From: Octopus vulgaris
Lineage: Eukaryota
DNA length: 64,000 nucleotides
NCBI GenBank assembly: GCA_951406725.2
Contig: OX597830.1
Span: 77,934,001 to 77,998,000, forward strand
Direction: 5' to 3'
The first letter of the stretch is position 1. Each line of letters opens with the position of its first letter. Shown here one piece after another: positions 26,911 through 39,655 of the stretch. Made by a program: the position numbers and the translations under genes. The notes below the pieces were generated by a model, which saw only the letters and a list, made by a program, of their open reading frames with translations, was not told where the DNA came from and searched no databases.

Positions 26911-27001
26911 CGGCTGTTTGTAAGTATTCATATGTGCGCATGGGAATGTATGTGTGTGTATGTGTGTAGACATAAATATATACCTCTGCATCTATCTATC
27001 G

Positions 27002-27109
<108 letters not shown>

Positions 27110-27206
27110 GTATGTATATCTATATTTATATTAATCTATCTCTCTATCCATCCTACTATCTATCAAGCAATGTTCGTTTTTCCCTCTCTCTTACTCTTTC
27201 TCTCTT

Positions 27207-27247
<41 letters not shown>

Positions 27248-27266
27248 GTAAGTATGTATATGTATA

Positions 27267-27355
<89 letters not shown>

Positions 27356-27386
27356 TTGTGTATATATACATATATATATATATATA

Positions 27387-30255
27387 TAGAGAAAAGAGAA
27401 GAGAAAAGGAAGATCCATGGTGGAGTTGCAATGTACATCCCAGATGACCTCACGTCCCAGGTCCTATTGTCATATTCAAACTCAGTGTGTGACACTCAAA
27501 TTGTACACATAAGACAACTGAATATCATCATATGCACTACATATCGCCCACCGGATGCCCCAAATCACTCAGGCATGTTTGAAGACTGCCTAACAAAAAT
27601 AGAAGAAGTTCTCACCAACCTGGAACAACACAACAGTGTATTCTTCATGGGTGACTTTAACTTCCCCAATGTGGAATGGCCTGGGGGGGGGGGGGGCAGA
27701 TGCTCCCAGGGATGACACACCATCAGCAGGCACAGGCAGAGTCCCTGCTCCATCTCACAAATGCCTCTTTCATGGAGCAAATAGTGCTGCAACCAACAAG
27801 GGCAGATAATATACTGGATCTCTGCTTCACAAACAATATGGATATTATCCATAATGTTAAAGTGATGCCGACAATGATCTCGGATCACAACATAATAGAG
27901 CTGTCTATGTATGGACCAAAAGCCCCCGCAGACACACAGCCTATACGAAGCATCCACAATCTCTCCAACTTAAACTTTCATAAAGCAAATTGGAAGTTGA
28001 TTGAGAAAGAGATCCTCAAGCAGGATTGGCCAAAATGCCTCTCCACACCGGACATTGACATGAAACACAAACGCTTCATGTCCATAATACAAGCCATATG
28101 TGACAAATATGTCCCAGTGTGCAGGGCCAGCACACACAAGAACAAAAACAGGATCCCTAGAGAAAGGAAGATTCTTATGAGACGACGGACAAGAATTGCG
28201 AACCGCCTGAGCAAGCACACCAAAAGTGGTGAGAAGTCTCGACTCGAGAGAATACTAATGGAAATTGAGCAAAAGTCTGCACCAGTCTCATGAAAAGGAG
28301 AGAGCAGATAAAGAAGCTTGGGTAATAGAAAATATAAAGTCAAACCCTAAAGCTTTCTTTAAGTTTGCCAAAGAGACAGCCACAGTGCACCAGAGAATAG
28401 GACCTCTCTTCCAAAAAGATGGCTCTCTCACAGGAAATCCCACGAGGATAAGTGAAATACTGAACGAACAGTTTCAAAGTGTGTTCACTACACCTCTAGG
28501 ACACAGGCAAGTAAACAACCCAGAAGAATTCTTTGTCACTTTACTGCGGCCAAAGAGGCAAAAATTGAGTACATCAACATTGAAGATGATGATATCACAC
28601 TTGCCATAGAAGATATTGACACAAACTCAGCTGCTGGACCTGATGGATTTCCAGCGATCCTTCTCAAATCGTGCAAACGAGCCCTTGCAAAACCATTATA
28701 GCTTCTTTTTCAGAGCTTTCTTGCAAGTGGTAAGCTCCCAGTTAAATTGAAAGAGGGGGTAATATGCCCTATCCATAAGGGAGGAAGCAGAGCAGATGCT
28801 AAAAATTATAGGCCTATCTCTCTGACCTCATACATCAGCAAAGTCATGGAACGAATAATCTGCAAGAAACTAATCATGTTCCTTGAAGAAAATGACTTGC
28901 TGACTGACACCCAGCATGGATTTCGACCAGGTAGAAGCTGCCTAACACAGCTCCTGCAACACTATGACTGGGTATTAAAACAGCTACTAAATGGCTCAAA
29001 TGTGGATGTGATATATCTCGACTTTGCAAAGGCCTTTGATAAAGTCGACCACGGTATGATTTGTCACAAACTGCGTGGTCTCGGCATAGGCGGAAAACTT
29101 GGAGAGTGGCTGCACAACTTCCTAAAAGATAGAAGGCAGGCAGTTGTGACCAATGGAGCCACCTCCAAGGAAACACAAATAACAAGCGGTGTTCCACAGG
29201 GCACTGTCTTGGGACCACTGCTGTTCATAGTGGCCCTTTCAGACATGCCCTCAGTTGCTAAGATGGCCACTTGCTAGCTATGCAGATGACACAAAAGTCT
29301 CCCACACAATACAAAACCCTGGAAATATTGCACATCTGCAACAGGAGTTGGATACAATATACAGGTGGGCTGAGGGCAACAACATGCAGTTTAACGCAGG
29401 TAAGTTCCAGGCTCTGCGCTACCGGCACACAAAGGTAAACGACATGCAGACTGGATACACTGGCCCGGGAAGAATTGCAATCCCTGAGTCAAAATCAGTG
29501 CGTGACCTGCAATGATGCATCTTTCCAAGTGCATATTACTAATCTGGTGATAAAATGCAGACGGCTAGCTGGATGGATTCTCCGAACTTTCAGAACAAGA
29601 GAGAAGGAGACACTGATGGTCCTGTGGAAAACTTTCGTCCTCAGCCGCTTGGACTACTGCTCCCAACTATGGTCACCACACAATATAAAACTAACAGCAG
29701 AACTCGAAGCAATTCAGAGAAGCTACACAAAGAAGATCGTCTCAATGCAACATATCAGCTACTGGGAAAGACTGAAAGTATTAAAACTCTTCTCCCTAGA
29801 GCGAAAGTGGGAGAGATATGCGGTGATATACATCTGGAAAATCCTGGAAGGTCTTGTCCCAAACTTTGGCATTCAAAGTTACCCCAACCGCAGAACGGGG
29901 CGCCACTGCATGGTGCCAAAGATTCCAACATCACCATCACAATACAGGTCCAGATACTGCAACAGCTTGGGTTTCAGAGGACCACAGCTCTTTAACATCC
30001 TCCCTAAATGCCTGAGAGACTGCATGGTGTGGATGCGGGTTTCTTTAAAACTAAACTGGATCTCTTCTTGTCGGGGATCCCAGATGAACCTACTTCACGA
30101 CAGGAGACACAGATGCGGGCAGCAGCATCGAACTCCCTTGTTGACCAAGTGCCACGTATCAGAGGTGGATTCACATATATGTGTAGCTCATTCAACGGTG
30201 GTGCCCCAGCATGGCCGTGGCCTTCGGGCTGAAACATTTTTAAGGATTTAAGGAT
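27387..30255 (+). mobile_element. 5'-truncated, frameshifted LINE (APE endonuclease + reverse transcriptase; CR1/L2/Crack-group-like)
   Basis: Endonuclease motifs GGVAMY, YRPP, MGDFN, PTRADNILDL, SDHN. RT motifs NYRPISLTS, QHGFRPGRSC, YLDFAKAFDKVDH, SGVPQGTVLGPLLF, YADD. C-terminal SRLDYCSQLWSP. The ORF is split by several frameshifts (e.g. the poly-G at ~27683); 3' UTR ends in (ttaaggat)n; microsatellite on both sides. Confidence 0.95.
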
Positions 30256-30286
30256 ATACATACATACATACATATATACATACATA

Positions 30287-30360
<74 letters not shown>

Positions 30361-30474
30361 TATATATATAGAGAGAGGGGAGGCTTCGATGGGTAAATTA
30401 TTGCCATTCTATATTTTTGATTTAGAGCATGCGCATTGTTTGTTTTTGATTTTGTCGACTACACTGTATAGTAG

Positions 30475-30775
30475 GGTCAGTTGGGCACCGTCTGTGAGAA
30501 AAACAGCACCATGTCTCAATTCACTCTGCCAAAAATTTGGAGACCACATGCTGTACTGCTTGATATTCACTCCAGCAGCTCCAATACGAACATTTCAGAG
30601 TGTTTGGGTGTCAATCTGAGGACAGTGCAATCTAAGGACATGTACCGAGAATAATAAAAATCAAACACCCAGTCAACATCATGGTGTTTGAAGTGATCAT
30701 TAGTGATGGCGATGTTATGCCTCCGTTCATCTTCCCACATGGCCTCAGACTCAATACGAAGGCCTACATCAAGCG
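30475..30775 (+). mobile_element. Internally deleted Tc1/mariner (maT/DD37D-like) transposase relic
   Basis: KHPVNIMVFEVIISDGDVMPPFIFPHGLRLNTKAYIK at ~30663-30773, plus an N-terminal HTH-like fragment. Confidence 0.7.
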
Positions 30776-30853
30776 TGGAGCTTAGGTGTTTCGCTCATAA
30801 ACACACATAACGCCCGGTCTGAGATTTGAACCCGCCCACTAGGCTATGTGCCT

Positions 30854-30928
<75 letters not shown>

Positions 30929-31021
30929 ATCCAAACAAGAAAACACAAAAAAAACAACAACATGAAGACGTGGAACAAATAAAGTATTATTGGACGCTCA
31001 GGAAAGAAGGGAAGAAGGAGG

Positions 31022-31056
31022 GTTTAATGTTTCGAGCGGAGCTCTTCGTCGGAAAC
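31022..31056 (-). ncRNA. Minimal hammerhead ribozyme relic (U4C) within a ~200-bp element at 30925-31125
   Basis: Minus strand reads gttt-CCGACGA-a-gagc tcc gctc-GAAA-ca-TT-aaac; paralog of 33408-33442. Confidence 0.6.
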
Positions 31057-31123
31057 ATAGGAGAAGGAAAGATCCCGAGAAGGGAAGACAGAGGAAAAAA
31101 ATCGCCAGCGGTACTCACGAGGT

Positions 31124-31184
<61 letters not shown>

Positions 31185-31488
31185 GTGTTTGGTATGGTCC
31201 TAGTAGTACACTGATAAAGCACGTTCGCTGTCCATGGATACCTGGCGTCATCTACGGTAATAACACAATGGTCATTTGATCTACCACAGGAATTCCTCGA
31301 CGTGCGTTGAGTATAAAACAATTGATAGAGACGGAAAATGGAAAACATGGGAAGCTTTAATGCTCAAAACTATTGTTTCGACAAATCTTGTCGTGGGGCG
31401 GGAATGTCTTAAACCTACGGACACTAACAACATGGTGCATTAAATCCGTGCAAAACAGAGTTCATTTAACGAGATGCCGCTCATTACG

Positions 31489-31592
31489 TCACCTAATGAG
31501 ACGTTTCTGCACCGTGGCATGCACCACAACTAGTTGTATAGTTTCCCACCCGCGAGGGATCGATGTAGGATGTGTTGAAACGATCGTTGTGA
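31489..31592 (+). ncRNA. Type I hammerhead ribozyme relic (G5A) with long stem II, within an element at ~31180-31640
   Basis: Stem I tcac/gtga; core CTAATGA; stem II gacgtttctgca/tgtaggatgtgtt (GU-rich, one bulge); GAAA; palindromic stem III ACGATCGT; followed by aataataaa. Confidence 0.6.
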
Positions 31593-31635
31593 ATAATAAA
31601 GTTTCCCTTGTAATCCATTTTCTGTCTCCATCATT

Positions 31636-31672
<37 letters not shown>

Positions 31673-31673
<1 letters not shown>

Positions 31674-32013
31674 CAGGCCTGGCTGTGTGGTAAGAAGCCT
31701 GTTTCTTTAAGGCGGGGAGATGGCAGAATCATTAGCACGCCGGGCGAAATACTTAGCAGTATTTCGTCTGCCGCTATGTTCTGAGTTCAAATTCCACCGA
31801 GGTCGACTTTGCCTTTCATCATTTCGGAGGTCGATTAAATAAGTACCAGTTACGCACTGGGGTCGATATAATCGACTTAATCCGTTTGCCTGTCCTTGTT
31901 TGTCCCCTCTGTGTGTAGCCCCTTGTGGGCAGTAAAGAAATAGGAAGCCTGCTTCACATGGTTTTGGGTTCAGTCCCACTGCGTGGCAACCTGGCCAAGT
32001 GTCTTCTACTATA
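31673..32013 (+). mobile_element. SINE family E 5' part interrupted by a nested SINE family D (31710-31940)
   Basis: Imperfect TSD taagaagcctgtttc (31691-31705) and taggaagcctgcttc (31941-31955); SINE E resumes after the insertion. Confidence 0.82.
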
Positions 32014-33098
32014 ACACGCACACATAATTTTATTGTTGCCGTCAAATTACAACACTGCTTGCAAGTATTGAGTACCTTTTTCACCGATTGAGGCAGATGC
32101 TGCTGTTAATTACACACACACACACACAAGCATACCCACCCGCACATCCACACACATTTCTTCTTTCCTTTTCCTTCACTTTCTTTTTCGGTCTTTATAT
32201 TACAATTCGTTTGTAATGTAATTTTTAAATATTGCCCTCATGTTTTCCTACTTAAACCTGCTCGCACCATCCAATGCCATCCTGCACCACTCTGTATCTC
32301 TCTACATCACTCAAAACCACCCGAGATCATCCAGTACCACCCATACTGCAATACCCCGAATACATTCTCCATTCACCACAATCAACACCTTCCTCCTCCT
32401 CCTCAACAACAACAACAACAACAACAACAGCCGCAGCAGCAACAGCAACTGCAACAAAAGCCACACATGCGCACACAACCAAAGAGACAGACAACCAAAA
32501 ACAAAAAAATAACTAAATAAAATTTTAGAAAATTAAAATTAAAATTCTAGAAACTACCTAAAAATGTTTAAAATGCTATTGGGATTAATTAAAATAAACT
32601 ACCTAAATAAATATACAAGACAAACCTAATTAATTAGTCAACTAAATTATAATTAATGTTTCATAAAATATGATTGGTCCAGACGGTAATGTAACATAAA
32701 AATTTTCATTAATCAATCATTATATCTCTTTCGGTATTTTTGTTGTTATTTTGAGTTTAATTTTTAGTTTAATTTTGGCAGGCACTGTCTTGTAGTGGAA
32801 TCAGCAGCTCAGTGTGTCTAGAATGCGATATGTGTGAGGTTAAAATCAGGTTGAAGAATGTCTTTCTTTTTTAAGGGTGAATGGTTTGGCAAAGTCGATA
32901 GAGTGGTAAACATGTCCTGAGTTCAAATTTCAAATCTCGCCGAGGTCGAATTATGGCCGTCATCATCGCTGCAGGTTTTTGTAGTTAGAATAAAGAAAGT
33001 AGGGACAGATACAGTATGATGTCCCATCTGGACACTGTAACAGTCCCGCCGTTTCGCCGACTTGGACCAAATACTTAGACACACAAATGGGCGCGCTA

Positions 33099-33142
<44 letters not shown>

Positions 33143-33203
33143 ACATACATACATACATACATACATACATACATACATACATACATACATACATACATAC
33201 ATC

Positions 33204-33309
<106 letters not shown>

Positions 33310-33407
33310 ATCCAAACATGAAAACACAAAGATTAAACACAACAACGCGAGGACGTGGAACGAGTATAGTGTTATTGGACGCTAGGGAAAGGAAAGAAAG
33401 AAGAAGG

Positions 33408-33442
33408 ATTTAACGTTTCGAGCGGAGCTCTTCGTCAGAAAC
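33408..33442 (-). ncRNA. Minimal type I hammerhead ribozyme with canonical core, within a ~200-bp element at 33306-33505
   Basis: Minus strand reads gttt-CTGACGA-a-gagc tcc gctc-GAAA-CG-T-T-aaat; palindromic ACGU stem III. Confidence 0.72.
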
Positions 33443-33502
33443 ATAGGAAAAGGAAAGATTCAAGGAAGGGAAAACGAAAAAATTCGCCAACGACACACAC
33501 GC

Positions 33503-33565
<63 letters not shown>

Positions 33566-33656
33566 GGAATATACAAAAAAAAAAAACAAAAGACGAAGAC
33601 AAGTGAATAAACAACAAACAGGTGTATTAGTTTAACGCTTGGGAAGGTGAGAAAGT

Positions 33657-33692
33657 CTTTTACGTTTCAAGCCTTCGCTCTTCAACAGAAAG
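33657..33692 (-). ncRNA. Minimal hammerhead-like motif with CUGUUGA core, within an element at ~33563-33750
   Basis: Minus strand reads cttt-CTGTTGA-a-gagc gaag gctt-GAAA-CG-T-A-aaag; paralog at 41080-41110. Confidence 0.6.
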
Positions 33693-34071
33693 GAACCCGG
33701 GAAAATGAACAGAGAGAAGAAAAAAAACGTTTTAGCGGTTAGTGGTCAATATACATATATACATATTCTTTTATTCCTTTCCTTGTTTCAGTCATTTGAC
33801 TGCGGCCGTGCTGGAGCATCGTATTTAGTCGAACATATCGACCCCGGGACTTATTCTTTGTAAGCCTAGTGCTTATTTTATCGGTCTCTTTTTCCGAACT
33901 GTCGTATATATATATCGAAAAGCCCCCGCTACGAAATACCAGGCCTTGTACATATAGTAGAAATTTTTGTTGTTGTGTAACCTCAGCTCAGCTGTGATGC
34001 ATCAGTTCCATGGATGTAGCTGGTCTACCACACGACTAAGCGTGATCCAAAGATCTTCACCGCCAAACATG

Positions 34072-34205
34072 GTGGAGGCACGTGGCTTAGTGGTTAAGGT
34101 GTTGAACTCATCATCATAAGATTGTAGTTTCAATTCCTGGACAGGTCGATGCGTTGTGTTTTTGAGCAAAACACTTCATTTCATAATGCTCCAGTCCACT
34201 CAGCT
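34072..34205 (+). mobile_element. CORE-like tRNA SINE 5' fragment
   Basis: ggaggcacgtggcttagtggttaagg...ttgagcaaaacacttcatttcat..tgctccagtccactcagct. Confidence 0.7.
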
Positions 34206-34499
34206 TCGTTAATTTTACTCTGAGATAAGAATTTTGGAACAAATTGAGCAACAGTTGGAATTCAACTTGGGACTGAAACAATAGATTGCTTGCATTACAG
34301 AATTAATTCTCATCCGTCCTTAACCCCTGATCGAACACGAATGGGGCATATAGTCATTATAGACGTATTATAATCATGCTATTTATCTCTCTTTAGTTTG
34401 GGGTTGCAGACCCAATTTGTCCCCTGCAGGAGCTAGTTTAGGAGTCCACACAGAGTGCCGCTTTTAAGCTAGTTTGTAAATTAATAGGGACTACTTGTA

Positions 34500-34661
34500 T
34501 TCTTTTATTCTTTTACTTGTTTCAGTCATTTGACTGCGGCCAGGACTTATTCTATCGTCCCTTTTGCCGAACCGCTAAGTTACGGGGACGTAAACACACC
34601 AGCATCGGTTGTCAAGTGATGTTGGGGGGAGGAACAAACACAGACACACAATCATATACAC

Positions 34662-34705
<44 letters not shown>

Positions 34706-35062
34706 TGTATTAGTAATTTGTGGTAAATCTTTTTACCTTTGCCCATATAATACAGTAAATGAATTGATTGCATCGCAATCATTAACATTTATGTATTAAC
34801 TTTGTTGGCTACTTCACTAGCAGTATATTGGATATATGTTATCCCATAGAGGGTTGCATTTACAACCCCTATCTCAATTTGTATATATATATATATATAC
34901 GACGGGCTTCTTTCAGTTTCCGTCTATCAAATCCACTCACAAGGCTTTGTTCGGCCCGAGGCTATAGTAGAAGACACTTGCCCAAGGTGCCACGGAGTGG
35001 GACTGAACCCAGAACCATGTGGTTGGTAAGCAAGCTACTTACCACACATCCACTCCTGCGCC
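34500..35062 (-). mobile_element. SINE family E with a ~175-bp unrelated insert (34705-34880) in its internal (TA)n
   Basis: Both SINE halves flank the insert, which is bounded by (TA)n. Confidence 0.8.
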
Positions 35063-35491
35063 TATATATATATATATACACGTAAGTGAAGTAATTGAGC
35101 GAAATTTTGACAAGTCGTGGGTTATAGTTTGCTATTATTTCTTTCCGGCTCAGGACGGTTTTGCTTATGTCTCTATGAATGCAGAATGTTTACAGAAATA
35201 TAATTGCGCCTCTCTATGTTATACACTTATGTTAATGTTTGGGCCACGATTTTTCTTTTATATATATGTGTATGCATATGTGTGTGTGAGTGTACACACA
35301 CACACACATACACACACACATACACACACACATATATATAGTGTATATATATATATGTGCTTCTTTGTGTGTGCGATGTCAAGAATAAGAACAGCAGAAG
35401 CAATCGAGGGAGACACGTCAAGTTAATGCAACAAGGTAAAAACCGTAGGTAGAACGAACATTATCGATTATCAGTGTTAAACTGATAATCG

Positions 35492-35557
<66 letters not shown>

Positions 35558-35702
35558 GTAATAATAACAAAATAATAAGACAGAAAATATCAATATAACT
35601 CACTACTTATGCTTCTAATCACAAGTCGTATGCGAGTGTATGTGTGCATGCATGTATGTATGTATTTATGTATGTATGTATGTATTTATGTATGTATGTA
35701 TG

Positions 35703-35733
<31 letters not shown>

Positions 35734-36009
35734 TTATGTATGCGTGGGTGTGTGTGTCTGTTATATGCAGGTATGTGTATTATACACGCATATATACCAT
35801 ATACGCAAATATGTAAATGTATAATATATAATATGAATATACATAAATAAACACATGAACATATAGAACCAAATGCACAGCGTACATATACATATATGTG
35901 TATATACATGCACACGCTCACACACATACATACACACACGCGCACACACTCATATAGCAAATTATAATAGATAGATAGATCGATAGCTAGATAGATAGAT
36001 AGATAGATT

Positions 36010-36132
<123 letters not shown>

Positions 36133-36550
36133 GGATGGATAGATAGATAGATACATACATACATACATACATCATACAGAGATGCATACATACATAATAG
36201 ACAGTTGCATACACACATACATACACACACACACACACAGACACCTTACACTGACGCATGCATCCACACACGCATACATACACACATACACACACTGCAC
36301 GCATGCACAAAACAATCAATTCATTGCAAAAAAATAAAATTAAAAAAATGAAAACCTTGTGTCGCCATATTAGTGAGTATCGACAGGAGGAGATTGACTG
36401 ACAAGTATGTGGGGCATTGGAGGCAAAGGCCATCTCGAATCACTTAACACATTAGTCATAAGAGAGTGAGAAGCTACGTCATGCACTGGTTGGTTGCTAA
36501 CAGTAGATTGTTAGCGAAATAAACAATTTCAGGGCTGCTGTCGTCTGTTT

Positions 36551-37330
36551 TTTATCGTCTGCTGTCTTCAGTTTACAGACGAACGGGATATCTGTTACTG
36601 GATATAGGTAGGAAGACTACAGTTATATTAAGAAGAGTATAACTCGATTGAAAGATTAAAGTTTTCCCTTGTATGTGACTGGTATTCGTTTTATCTACGG
36701 TAAAATGATCGAAGACAATTGAAAGCAGAGCATTGGAAAACAACAAATTTAGTCATGTTTTATCGTCTGCTGTCTTCAATATGCAGACGAACGAGATCAT
36801 ATTTATTACTTAATATAGGTACGAATACTACTGTTATAATAAGAAGAGTATATCTCGATTAAAGATTAAAAGATTAAAAAGTATCCCTTGTGTGTGACTG
36901 GTACTTGTTTTATCTACTCTGAAACGATCGAAATCAATTGAAAACAGAACATTGAAAAATGTAACAAATAAATCATGTTTTATCAACTGCTGTCTTCAAT
37001 TTGCAGACGACAGGATTGTACCTATTACTTGATATAAGCATGAAGACTACAGTTATACTAAAAAGACTATAAGATTAAAAGTTATCCTATGTATGTGACT
37101 GGTACTCGTTTTATCTACAGTGGAATGATCGAAGACAAAAAAAACAGAACAGTGAAAAGTGTAATAAATTTAGTCAGGTTCCATCGTCTGCTGTCTTTAA
37201 TTTGCAGATGAATACGATAATATTGGTTACTAGTGTAGACACAAAGAACACAGTTATTGTAATTTACAGTTGATTGAAGTATGTTTCCTAGTTTATGACT
37301 GGTTTCTGTTTTATCTACAGTGGAATGAAC
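36551..37330. repeat. Diverged tandem array of four ~200-220-bp units
   Basis: Unit start (t)atcgtctgctgtcttca at ~36551, ~36759, ~36978 and ~37180; each unit contains tgactggt....gttttatctac. Confidence 0.88.
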
Positions 37331-37454
37331 GAATGCAATTATGGAATTCGCTGGTATTTGAAAGAAGAACAATGTTGAGTGAAATAACAAATCAACAGTG
37401 AGGCATTTTGGCCGACACTCTGGTGATTCATCTAATCCATACCCCTAATAAAGA

Positions 37455-37930
37455 CAATCCTTTCTAATATATGCTCAAGTCCTGACATTTTGGAGGAGGG
37501 GGATAGTCGTTTTGGTCGACTCCCCAGTGCTCGGGCGGTACTAATCTCATCGACCTCAAAAGAATGAAAGTCAAAGTCGACTTCAGCGGATGTTTTGAGT
37601 TCAAATTCTGCCGAGGTCGACTTTGTCTTCCATCCTTTCGATTTCGATGAAATAAGTACCAGTTAAGTACTTTCCCCTCCCCTCAAAAACTAATGGCCCT
37701 GTGCAAAAATTTGAAACCAATAATAACAATAATCCTTCCTACTCTAAGCGCAAGGCCTGAAAGTTTGGGAAAGGAGATAATCAATTACATCCACCCTAGT
37801 ACTCCTCTAGTACTTATTTTATCGAGCCCGAAAGGATAAAAGGCGAAGTCGACCTCGACGGAATTTGAACGCAGAATACTGCAAAGCATTTTGCCCGGTG
37901 TGCTGACGATTCTACCAGTTCGCCACCTTA
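37455..37930. mobile_element. Cluster of diverged SINE D copies including a head-to-head inverted pair
   Basis: Minus copy ~37480-37590, plus copy ~37592-37720, minus copy ~37735-37928. Confidence 0.75.
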
Positions 37931-38753
37931 TGGATCTCTATATATTGATAACGTCGAACTTCCACTGACCGCATTGTTTGACAAGGAGAGAGAGAGAGAG
38001 AGCGGTGTGCGCCTGATGTTGCTTCAGGTAATGATGACATTGATGATTTAGACACAAGACGAGTAAATTTGAAGGGATGTAATTAGTCGATACCCTGGAC
38101 ATCAGTACAAATATGGTACTTTATTTCATCGCCCTAGAAAGGCCAAAAAAACAAACAAACCTGACCTCAGCCGGAATTTGAACTCTGAATGTAAAACGCC
38201 AGAAGGAATACTCTAAAATCTAAATATTTTTTTTATGCTCTAACCATTCTACCAGCACACTGCACTTTTCTCTCATAGGCACGTGATTAAAAATTTTGGA
38301 GTGGGGATTATGCAATTAGATTGACTAACCTACTTGACTGGTACATTATGTTATCGGTACAGGTGGGATGAAAAGCAATGTGGACCGCGGCAGAATTTGT
38401 AATAAGAAGGTAAAGAAGCGGAAGAAATACTCTAAGCCATTTTGTTCAACGATGAAACGATTCAGCCAAAAACACTGTTCTTCTTGTAGTAATAACTGGA
38501 CAAAGCATGGAATTTGGAAGGAGGAGGGACACTGAAACATTTTTCTTTATTTTATTAATCCCAGAAGAAGAATACAAATAAAAGCATAATTATATAACTC
38601 ACATACATACATACAGGCATACATACATACATACATACATACATACATACAGGCATACGCATACATACAGGCATACGCATACATACATACATACGTACAT
38701 ACATACATACATACATACATACATACACACGCATACATACATACATACATACA

Positions 38754-38784
<31 letters not shown>

Positions 38785-38804
38785 GTGCGTGTGTGTGGGT
38801 ATGG

Positions 38805-38847
<43 letters not shown>

Positions 38848-38973
38848 TGTTAAATGTAGTAGAAGTATAATTAAAGTAGCCATTTATGTAATCTATTTCG
38901 TGTAAATACATCATTCAAAGGCAAATTTAATGCGGTATTCGTCAGAAAATAACATATCTTGCCCGAACTTGCA

Positions 38974-39020
<47 letters not shown>

Positions 39021-39181
39021 GGGCGAGGGGTTTATACGTGTAGTTACTTCGTTCAACTGAACTCTCATTGAATTCTTCCAGTCCTGAAACTGGCGCTCTC
39101 ATACACTCTAAAATTCAAGGCGGTGCCAAAGCATGGTCGCAGTCTAATGACTGAAACAAGTAAAAGATAAAAGATATATGT

Positions 39182-39212
<31 letters not shown>

Positions 39213-39387
39213 CTTGTGTTTGTGTGTGTATATCGGAGGGAGACTAAAATCGTCCTGACAGCGGCAGCGAGGACAGCTTATATATACCATTATAGGTATA
39301 TATATATATATATATACATAGACGTTTATGGTGAAGAGAGTGAAGACAACTGTACTGTTGTTGTTGTTATTGTTGTTGTTGTTGTTG

Positions 39388-39428
39388 ATGAGGATGATGA
39401 TGATGGTGACAGTGATGATGACGATGAC

Positions 39429-39460
<32 letters not shown>

Positions 39461-39655
39461 CAATGCTGGTGATGATGTTTACCATGACGGCGATGACGAA
39501 AACAAAACTGCCGCAGACAACTACAGCGGTTACGACGATTGATGTTGACGATGATGATGACGACGACGACGACGACGATGACGATGATGATGATGATGAT
39601 GACAATGCTGGTGATGACGCATACAACAAAGACGACTACGATGATAACGATGATT
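39388..39655. repeat. (GAT/GAC)n compound microsatellite, two related blocks
   Basis: Both blocks end in gacaatgctggtgatga. Confidence 0.85.

Noticed and set aside
36551-37330. CRISPR-like array of hairpin repeats
   Set aside because: The 'spacers' are homologous to each other, the unit is ~210 bp, the context is eukaryotic and there are no cas genes.
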